NCBI RefSeq assembly: GCF_040938485.1
Contig: NW_027271056.1
Coordinates: forward strand, 2,356,001 to 2,420,000
Direction: 5' to 3'
Length of the DNA: 64,000 bases
Source of the DNA: Diadema antillarum
Taxonomy: Eukaryota
Shown: positions 10,768 to 20,779 of the stretch, in pieces
How the letters are laid out: each line of letters begins with the position of its first letter
Numbering within the stretch: the first letter of the stretch is position 1
Made by a program: the position numbers and the translations under genes
Notes under the pieces: generated by a model
Databases searched by the model: none
What the model was told of the DNA's origin: nothing
The model's input: only the letters and a program-made list of their open reading frames with translations

Positions 10768-10906
10768 GTCCTCTCGACTTGTATCGCAACCCAGTCACCA
10801 CAGCTCAAATCCCTGGCAGCTGGTATCACAAGGAGATCCCTCTGAAACAGAGAGAACCCTGGACGCACGTTCCACGACACATTCATGTTAGCAGTGAAAT
10901 GACCAA
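10768..10906 (+). CDS. TEX49: TEX49-like coding exon 2 (GPLDLYRNPVTTAQIPGSWYHKEIPLKQREPWTHVPRHIHVSSEMTK)
   Basis: CAG acceptor 10765-10767; GTAAGT donor 10907; phases compatible with exons 1 and 3; PW..PRH...SEMTK resembles the TEX49 C-terminal half. Confidence 0.85.
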
Positions 10907-10955
10907 GTAAGTCCTTCCTCTGCACTTCATACTCTCACTTATTGTTTCCTTTATG

Positions 10956-11432
10956 CAGGGTGCTACATAACTTTATTTTGCCACTTGCCCGGTCGGGCAA
11001 GCAGATTTTGAAATATGCTGTGAAACACTTTCCAGAATGATAATTTTACTTGCCCGAAAAGAAAGTCCAAAATATACGGAAATAATATAGAAAATCATGT
11101 GTAAGTCAAGGGCTGTGTAAAACACTAGCACTTGAATAAACAGCACAACAAACTTGGTCTGATCAAGTGTTGCCGTTGAAATGCATTGGAGCTTCTTCAC
11201 GAAAGTGTTGGAAAGTTGCTGAAATGATGTGTTGCATCACTAAACAGCCATTATTGTTGGGCTTCTGTATGGTTGACTTTGTGGGTTTGTTGGGGGTAAT
11301 AGTGAAAAAAACTGTGTCTTCAAAACTTTTTTGCTTGCCCAATTCGGGACAGTATTTGTTCTCATTGTTCAAAAACACTTGCCCGCATTTGATTTTTACT
11401 TGCCCCGGGCAATCGGGCAAGTGCTTATGTAG
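10956..11432. mobile_element. hAT-like non-autonomous element in TEX49 intron 2
   Basis: Left end CAGGGTGCTACATAA; right end truncated to TTATGTAG; repeated subterminal ACTTGCCCG / CGGGCAAG motifs at both ends. TSD not recoverable. Confidence 0.6.
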
Positions 11433-11491
11433 TTTGAGTTTATATGTGCACAGGTTATTGATTATTCTCCTTTTTCTGTTCTCTGTTTCAG

Positions 11492-11540
11492 ATTTGTAAA
11501 AGAGATGAGCCAGACAAACAGAGAATTCTCATTATTCTAG
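11492..11540 (+). CDS. TEX49: TEX49-like coding exon 3 (K-FVKEMSQTNREFSLF-stop); full protein 150 aa
   Basis: TTTCAG acceptor ending at 11491; in-frame TAG at 11538-11540; F...M...NREFSLF resembles the family C-terminus (..DRTFSLY, recalled). Confidence 0.82.
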
Positions 11541-12411
11541 ACCAAGGGTCCTGGAATGCATGGACTCATTGCAGTGAAGTATACGAATGAACTTTTGAAT
11601 GAAAACCTGTGAAGATTTATCAGCACAGTGAAGCAAGCCTTTGATCAAACACCTCTTTGATGCAAGCTCCTCTGACACAAAGTTTATATATTTCCTGATG
11701 AAATGCGCCGTGACTACATACTGGAAATAAAGGGAAAGCTAGATATGCCCAACTTGAGAGCTGAATGAGCTTCATTTTTGCAAGAGTACTGAAGAGGGGT
11801 AGGAACTTTTCCATAGCACTGTGAAAACGTCCTCTGTCTATCAGGCCGACTGAGCTTCCATATATCCAGGGTCATGCTGCCTACGGCAGTGCAAGCTAAT
11901 TTAATGTCTTTTGCTGGGATTGTTGCCCACATGCTGATGTTGATCATGATGGTTTATGTCACATTTCGTGATTCTTCATCAGTATCTGTATGCCTATGAC
12001 TGCTTCAAGACAAGATGAAAGTATGCATCCTCAGTATCTGTTGCCCGTTTTGCTTTTCTCTTTTATGGTCATGTGATTGGATTGCCTTCATAGATCTGAC
12101 AACAGTCTGTTATCATCATATTTTGTGATGTGTATCATATAGCAAATCAAGTGTCAAAATAATGTGAAATGTTTGTTGTCATAATACTGTGAAGTTACAG
12201 AAATTAAAAAGAAGCAGTGATATCATTTCAAATGAATGAATAATAATATCATTAAAGCAATTAAATCATGTCCTGTTCAGTTAGCTAGTAAGATTTGAGC
12301 TAACTCTAATAGTAATGTCAAATTATATCACTTTTTTTATGATGTCTAAAGGGAAAAGTCGGAGTGACTTGTAGAAATGTCATAATGTTTCATCTTAAAG
12401 TAACCATTTAA

Positions 12412-12494
12412 CCCTTTCTGTGTCGTGGACTTTGAACAGTGGGTACAATGCAATGGGTTTTCTCTGCCAATCAGCACTCAAATCACCCAAAAGG
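12412..12494. mobile_element. 83-bp piggyBac-like mini-element
   Basis: TTAA|CCCTTTCTGTG ... CACCCAAAAGG|TTAA. TTAA TSD and CCCTTT terminus are typical of piggyBac; right terminus degenerate. Confidence 0.5.
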
Positions 12495-12498
12495 TTAA

Positions 12499-13067
12499 AG
12501 GACAAGTTCACCTTCATAAACATAAGGATTGAGAGAATGCAACAATATTAGTAGAACACATCAGTGAAAGTTTGAGGAAAATTGGACAATCGATGCAAAA
12601 GTTATGAATTTTTAAAATTTTTGTGTTGGAACCGCTGGATGAGGAGACTACTACAGCTTGTGAGTCATATGCGTACAACAGTATAAAGAAAATGTAAAAG
12701 AAAATTCAACATATTTTCACTTTTTTCGCATAATAAAAGAGCTCTTGACTTGCCTCTTTCTAAAGGCAGGGGGAATAATATTACCCATAACATTTGTCGG
12801 TAACGAGTCAGGGGAATGTGTACTTTTTTCAAAAGATGGCATTTTGTGAAATTCTCCTTATATTTTCCTTATATTGTTGTACGCATGTGACATCTAAGTT
12901 ATTCATACACTGGAGTAGTCTTCTCATCCAGCGGTTACTGCACAAAAACTTCAAAAATTCATAACTTTTGAACGGATTGTCTGATTTTCCTCAAACTTTC
13001 AATGATGTGTTCTACTAATATTGATACATTCTCTCAATCCTTATGTTTATGAAGGTGAACTTGTCCT
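12499..13067. mobile_element. Kolobok-type non-autonomous element, copy 1
   Basis: TTAA TSD (12495-12498, 13068-13071); termini AGGACAAGTTCACCTTCATAAACATAAGGATTGAGAGAATG and its reverse complement; long imperfect inverted arms; RR...YY termini. Confidence 0.88.
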
Positions 13068-13705
13068 TTAATTAACCACTATTCTCATATGGATATGAAG
13101 TGAGACTAATTTTGAAGTATTGATATTCACTTTGTTCCTTTGTACTTCGAGTGATATGAGACATAAGAGCAGGAATATTGCATAGAATATTGCAACTGGT
13201 GGGCCACTTGTACATCTCACCTATACCCATGTCCTCCTGGCCAAAAGAAAACAACAACAATGATGCCTTCCTGTGATGAGGTTATATGTCAGTGAGGGAT
13301 GCAAATGTAAAATCTCCAGTCCTCCCAAGTCAATCCACTATTAGTATTATTTTTTTTTTCTTGTGCCATTGTGTTTCACAACAAGCTTTCGTTATTCTGC
13401 AACAATAATCATGTATGATACACAGCTGTTGAAGGAGAGCCAAACAGGATTATTATGCTCGCTGTATCCTGTCAATAGAGGGCGCACTTCTTCATTTCTG
13501 TGTTTGCTGCCTTTACTTTGTGTACAATGATCGTGTCAGAAACCTTCGATTCTCAAATACAGAACAATACTGCGGTAGCTGTTGGTTTCTCTTTGTGTGA
13601 TCGTTTACTGTGAGCTTGAACAAAGATTGCATAATGTATCAGCAACATGATCAAATTAAAAGTTTTCAATTCTTTCAAGATCAGGTCAAACGGAAAGGTC
13701 ATCTT

Positions 13706-13822
13706 GGCCCTGTTTTATGAAGAGTTATGATTGATTCCATAGTTGATTTCTATCATAAGTCTATGGCAGCCTGTGTGGTAAGGAAATTTATAATCGATTA
13801 TATCTTTTGATAAAACGGGGCC
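13706..13822. mobile_element. Degenerate PIF/Harbinger-like MITE
   Basis: ~30-bp imperfect inverted ends GGCCCTGTTTTATGAAGAGTTATGATTGATT / rc GGCCCCGTTTTATCAAAAGATATAATCGATT; flanks CTT / CTC. Confidence 0.55.
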
Positions 13823-16087
13823 CTCCAATTCTTTTGTAGTTTAGTCAGGGTGGGAATGGCTGCCTAAAAAGGTGTCAGCTGCAATGTAGTCTAGATAGAT
13901 ACAGGAAGGAGTTCCAATGTGACAACATAACATTAACATTGAATAGTTGTGATTGAAACCAAAATTGACCAAGTTTGTCTTAACAATACATAATCAGACA
14001 TTCATACATTAAATCCAATCAGGCCTTACACACAGTTTCCCGTTTATCACAACCAGCTATCTCATTTTTCTGATTTTGATTTTCATAAGGATTTACTCTG
14101 CCTTCACAAACACGTACGACGCACACACACACATACACACACACAGTGCATGCTATATTCAATGTAGTTTGCAAGTGCCGCGTCAACCTACGTCAGAAGT
14201 TCGATTCTGACGAGGGTCTAGATTCTATCTAATGATAGCCGACTGGTACCTGGGACTATTTAATTGTATTTCTGTTACGATATTTTTTTCCATTCCGTGA
14301 CAGAAAATATTCCGATGTCATATTCATATTGGGGGATATACTTTCAAGAGTAATTTGAATTCTCAACTGGATAAATGGATTTATTTGAAGTAATGATAAG
14401 TGTATTATGCAGGCAGTGGCTCAGTGCCAAATCCATTGGCTTTTACGAACTTGCCGTAGAGGTGGGTATCTTGCGTGGAGGGTTCAACCCAAATGCTTTG
14501 CACGAAGATTGGCAAAATGCACCTCGCATACACTAAGTGGAAGGAGACCGAGATTTTCCGAATGACACTCCACCTGACCGAGTGAACGTTCTTTCGATTT
14601 GTTTCTGGGGACTGGAGCTAGGAAGGGACAAAATATTATGTCATTCATGATCGTTTTTACGAAATGATGTCACTTTGACTCGGTTTATTTGTTGCTGTGT
14701 CCGTCCCCCCCCCCCCCACCCGACCCCCCCCCCCCCTATCATAATGTATGAGATAATGGGCTGAGCACAGAGCCAAATGAATGAACTTTTGTACTTGTTA
14801 CAGGTTATACAGTATACCCAGATATCTCTAGATTTCTATAGCGTGATAATAATTGTGATACAATATTTGAACCCCAGCGCAATGTTATTGTTTACAATGT
14901 ACTCGTGCATGGCTATCACTCGGAGGAGATGTTACGTTCTTTATGAGTAAGTTGTTTCAATTTCAGAATCACAGTAATGCAGGAGGTGTGAGAAACTCAC
15001 AAAGATGCGGGGCACGAATATGAAAGTTAGGCAAATCTGTTGAATGTTGGCATGGTATATTCTAACATGCAGCTCTGTATTACGTTCAAACGAGTCGCCT
15101 GGGTCGCACGACTTCAAGATGTCTTGCATATTGCACAGTCTTCGCTTACCTCGTTGATAAAAAGACATTTTTTTTTTGTTTCTTCCTTTGTTTGTTTTTG
15201 TAAAATGTGCGTCGATACAATGTCTTCTAATGGAGTTCGAGATACCAATTATGAGGCCACATTGCCATGAAGAGATACTTATTGTCTTGATGAAGTCCTG
15301 GGGAAAAAAATGCTTCGTTAATGACGACAGGTCACAAACAGAATACTCAGAAGTACTCAGCCACACGGCACTCGTTTTAGATGCCCTCAGATAGTTGCAA
15401 CATTTGTGTTACTTGTCTCATTGCGCTCGAATTTCACCGCTTTACTGCTGTTTTGCTGTTTTCTTCCAAAACGATGTTTTAATGTTCCTTTTTGTTCTCA
15501 TTGTAAGCGTGTAAATTGCTCTATGCTTAGATAAATCAATCTTTGTTACAACAGTACATGTACACCCGATGAGCGTTTGACACGCTTGTTCTTATAATTT
15601 TGAGTTATTTTGTAGGTTGCGAGTCCTACATTGATGTAGGCCTACACATTATTCAATAAACATTAATTGCGCTGTGCATTGCTTTCAATTAAGTCACTTG
15701 TAGTTTCCGAGATTTCGCTGTGAAATAATGAACAAACCTTATGGTCGCATTGTTCCGATGCACTGATACACGCCTTCTATATTTAAATGACTGGTGAATT
15801 TGCTTTTTTTTTTGTTGAAAGAAATGTTTTCGTAAAGGACAAATTAAGCAAACCAAATTCTGCATGTGTGTGCTATACAGTTGATCACGTATGTCAGCAA
15901 AGACGAGGAGAAGGTGGATTTTAACGACTTCTCAACATTGCGAGCCACATTGTGTTTCCGTCTCCACAAGATGAGTATAGATTTAATATCTACTACCCCC
16001 CCCCCCCCCTCCATTTGGAACGCGATGGTCATCTAAAGCGGAGATTATTAAAAGAATGATGATAAAGATGACAATGACCAAGACCAG

Positions 16088-16160
16088 TGATGATGCTGAT
16101 GATGGTGATGATGATGATGGTGATGATGATGATGATAATGATGGTGATAATGGCGATGGC
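16088..16160. repeat. Imperfect (GAT)n microsatellite
   Basis: Direct reading; explains the poly-His and poly-Ser ORFs here. Confidence 0.9.
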
Positions 16161-17031
16161 GAATGCGCTGTAAACCCGCCAAACACATGACACGTTTCAG
16201 CAGCAGCCCACGACAGGGGTGACCTGGTTTCATCAAGGTGTGACTGCTGAACGCTCACCTTTTCATTTCCCCGCTGATCGCGCCAACCTGGCATCGCCTG
16301 ATCGCCGGGCCCAGCCGCGGTAATAACGCGCATGATGCCGATCAGCGGTGATGAGAGCCGACGTCGAGTGAGCCACTGATGATGATAACCCAGGGATGAA
16401 CAATCCATTATCATAACAGACACGAGATTAGTCTTCGCCGTCGATGGCAAGAGCAATCCATCAAACATGGAGATAGGTAATCAAGATATAGAAACACATC
16501 ATTCACCTCTAATGATTCAACATGATGCGCGAGTAACATGGGGTGAAATTTTTGGCGTTGGCGGCAAAAAGATCAATCGAACATTAATTGTAACGGCTCA
16601 AATTTGCAACAAAAGGGGTTTTATTTGGGATTTGTGGATATTTAGATCATTCGGCCGTTTTCCGGGGCTGAAATTGATAATAGCGAATGTTGGCATTGTG
16701 TCAGGGGGCAGGTGCAGGAATGTTTCAGTAAGGTCAGTCCTCAGATCCGTATCGTCGTTGCCGGACAGGTGTGTTGGCGGTAGCATGCATGAAGGGGGGG
16801 GGGGGGGGGGGGCAGGACTGGAGGGCTATTGCGATTATAATAGTAATATCATTATAAGGGGTAATTGGCAGATATAACTGCAAGTACAATAAGCTGACGT
16901 GGTACTTTTGGCTCATCGGAAACGGCACAGGAAAAGATTTGAAATTGTCATAAAAATTGTTTGAGACGAGTGTTACTCGTATGTGCACCAGCTTTCCGCC
17001 AACATGGCCAAGTTGCCTGCGAGACTCCAAC

Positions 17032-17067
<36 letters not shown>

Positions 17068-20000
17068 TCAAATTTTACGACTAGCGATTACTCTTTCATG
17101 GAAGCAAAAAGAATATTCTACACCATCGCCCGTTGAAGTCGGGTAAGTAGTGGTAGTAAACAGCTCTTGAATCTCAATCAAAATGCGAACTATGCTGTGT
17201 CAAAGAACTCAGAAACGGAACCCTACCGCTGAATATCTCCGGTGTGCCCTGGAAATTTCCAATGTTCTCGCCCTGAAAGCCGAATAAAGCCTGATATGGA
17301 GGACTGGAGAAGATGTTTAGGCAGTCGTACCCCGAGGCTACAATTAAGACAACGTGTCTAGCGGTGTTGTCGATGATTAGCCAAGCGCCCGCGAATGTCA
17401 AGTTTTCAGCCATCGGGAAATCTGTTCTACGTCGCCGCACCCCCCCCCCCCTTTTTTTTTTTGTCCCCACTCCCGACTGCTCTGTATATTTCAGTACACG
17501 ACGAACATCCTCCTCTAGGCCCCTCGTGGTACCGAGGCATAGGACGAGGGAACTTGTCCCCGTGAAGGATGGGGGGGGGGGGGGGGATCAACCCCACAGG
17601 GTGTAGGGTTTGGAGGACTCGAGTGAATCCACATACAAACGTACACGCACTCGGACGCGCACACACACATACACCGATCATCACACATAAGTTACACAGG
17701 CAAACAAAGTCACTACATGTATAACCATATTCCTGCACAGTGGATCAATGTTATGAATTTATGAATACTCTTAACTTTTAATGGTTTGATTTTTACGCTC
17801 TGTAATGCACTGATGCTAACTTCAATATGCACTGACTCCGCGTGTATTGATTAACACAAAATTATACCGTATAATAGGCTCAACCGTTGTCTACGAGTAA
17901 CATTTTGACCAATGTCCGAAGAATTCGTATGTTTCATGCTGTGTCGTGATCATTATTAATGCAACAATCCGTGTGTGTTTCTCTCAGTTCTATGTCACCT
18001 TTGCCTTCTAGAGAATTGGTGTATCAAAAACGACGAATTTCCACGTCCACATCTTTTAAAATGAGGTGACTGAAGATAGCGGTGACAGCGGACCGAGGCT
18101 AAAAATTGCGGAATAATTGAGCAGCTTCGGCGACAGTGATGACGACAACGAAATCTGTAGCGATATGATGTTGATATCGGGTGTAAGGCTGAAAGAAAAA
18201 AAGGCAAGAACAAAGGAAATTATCGTGTAAATAAAACTTTCCTTTTTATCCTTTATTTCAAACACTTTATCTCACTAACCATTAATTTTACTGCTTTCTG
18301 GAGTTACCATTTTAAGAGATCCTCCTTGAATTCAAAAGAAAGACGACAACAGCGAGATACTACAAGCTTGATTTGACCAGACTAAAGCCCTTCTCCGATC
18401 GTCAAACCACGTTTCAGTGTCATCATAACGTAAGGAAGACGTCACCAAACAAAAAAGGTTACTAAGAGTCACACTCAAAACGAACAACTTCGTCAAGTAA
18501 TCAATAGCGCCATCTTTCGAGAGTTTTTTTTTCGGTCTTCGTCTTTCGACGGAAAGCGAAGGTTGTTGAAACAATACTGTACGACTTGAACAAGACGATA
18601 ACATGTTTTGAACATAATCATTTTTAAAATCTTCTCGTCTTTTTTGTTTATTTCTTGTTACTTTCAAATATCAACTATAGCATATATCCTATAGCCTTTA
18701 TACGCATGGCATGTCAAATTATGTTCGGCAGATTACTGTGAGGTTATTCTATCAGCGATAGTTATTTCTACTATGTTGTTAACTGACCTTAAACTGAAAA
18801 TACCAAATAAAACCCAACAAACAGAGTAGTAGTCTGACGTGTCATAAAACATTGCAAGGGAAAGTGATCGAACGTTTCAATTAAAAGCATTATTGATTCA
18901 GAAACAGAACATGGTAATAATGTTTCTTTCATAGCCTTTCCTGTACGAAAGGAAGGCAACTGAGAATTCCAATCTGTACATTCCACGTTTGATGTCCATT
19001 TACTTTTGACACGAGTGTATTTTCAAATCATGCGAGTAAGAAGAGTCCTACTGAATTGCACCGTGAAAATACATACAAAATCAACAAGAATACCAGTTTG
19101 GATGAAATTGGTATTAATTCATAATGATGGGGTTCTCCTTCGTGTATATATCTCTTCATCCTATACTATAGATAGAACCGGCAATATATGGTCTTCTTGT
19201 CGCTTTCAACAGAATGTAATATTTCAAAGAAGTAGCAGGAAGGAACATTTTCTCCACAATATAGTGTTTCTCCAGTCTGCAGGAACAAAAAACAACAGTG
19301 ACGTCGTAAGAAAAGAGGTGTTCAGCAGGAGAAACCAAATGAATGGGCAGTGATAACGATCACTGTATGGATGAATGAAGCTTCCCAACGTCCGGGGCCT
19401 CAGATTGTGATCGACTTCTACCCATGCCGCGGTTCTCTCGACCTCATATCCCTATTCATGCTTTCATCTTCCCTCAAGATTTTGTGGCATTAACCCGGCA
19501 AATAAATCCCTCAGAAAATATCCGAAGTGACGAAGAGAAGGAGGAGATGAAGAAGAAGAAGAAGAAGAAGAAGAAGAAGAAGAAGAGAGGGAGAAAAAAG
19601 CTCCGTGCAATTTAGAGGGAAATTGTTCGGTGCCAAGGAGGATTAACACCACCAGAATAATGAGAAAATGAATAAGAAAGGACAGGAGAGAGATGGAGAG
19701 AGTCGGGGAGAGAGAGAGAGAGGGGAGAGGGGGTAAAAAGAGGAGGGGGGGGGGGGGGGCAACGGAGGCAAAGAAAGGACGAGGGAGAGAGAAAGAAAAG
19801 GTGCTCACACTTTTCGGGACTATGGTGTTTTCACTCTTTCACCGTACCTGACATTGACGGATTACGGCGTAGAATTCCGAGCCAGCAACACTTTCATAGT
19901 GGCCGTGGACATTTTACAGCTTTCCTTTCTCGATTCGCATGACGCGCGGTCACCAATCCTATAGTTGTGTTGTTACTTTTTTTTTTCCTGCGCTTTAATT

Positions 20001-20447
20001 TCAATCTCCCTCTCATATTTTCCCGCACGTGCCCCCATGGCCACAATTACCCTGATGAATACTTAGGAATAATTAGCTATTTGGAAAGCAAAATCTAACT
20101 GTAGCGATCCAGTTGATAATTTTCTCCCTTTCTCGCTTTCAAATCTCTGCGGCCCGACATCTGTCCGAGAAATCTGTCGCACCCAAGAGTTATGGTCTAG
20201 CGGAAGACGTCATGTGCCCCCTCTCCAGGTTTTTGACTCCTAATTGCTCCGATTTTATTGGGATTAACATGATTCTTGGGGTGGTTGTCACGGTCCTCCC
20301 GGCATGTATGGTCCTCCACTGATAGGGAATGAACTGTTCCGGTGATGGCAACAGATTCTAATCGGTCATTGGTTTGCGACCAAGGATTCAGTAACAGTTA
20401 CACACAGAAGTAAAGGGCGAGAACCTACGTGGAGTAGCTGTCTGAAC

Positions 20448-20719
20448 GGGTGCACGTCACGAGACCGATACCCACGAGTCATACAGGCCACGAGTCATAG
20501 TGCTCACGAGTAATACAGCCCATCAGTTATACAGCTCACGAGTCATATACAGCCCATGAGTTCGACCCTATGCTAACAAGGCCCATTGCACTAGACCGAC
20601 TATCTGTCGAACTCGTGGGCCGTATGACTCGTGACCTGTATGACTCATGGACCTTTTTTTTTCAATGTCGAACTCGTGGACTGTATGACTCGTGGGTGTC
20701 GGTCTTGTGGGATGACCCC
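20448..20719. mobile_element. Foldback-type element with tandem CACGAGTCATACAG subterminal repeats, copy 1
   Basis: Direct arrays of the motif on the left and inverted arrays on the right; flanked by the direct repeat GTCTGAAC (20440-20447, 20720-20727). Confidence 0.75.
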
Positions 20720-20779
20720 GTCTGAACTTGATCATGGCGTTATTGAATGTAGGGCCTATATAAGTATGTATAGATGTAT

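Noticed and set aside
11624-11650. RSS-like heptamer CACAGTG (also at ~17736)
   Set aside because: No nonamer at 12/23 spacing and no RAG/Transib coding sequence.
14191-14214. 8-bp hairpin ending in CTGACGAG, like a hammerhead core
   Set aside because: No GAAA/stem II/stem III arrangement on either side.
14415-14490. A-box/B-box-like motifs suggesting a tRNA or SINE
   Set aside because: No cloverleaf and no SINE body downstream; too degenerate.
15983-16468. ORFs with poly-Ser/poly-His (similarly poly-Ile at 31347-31716 and poly-Lys/Ser at 19424-19808)
   Set aside because: Translations of microsatellites.
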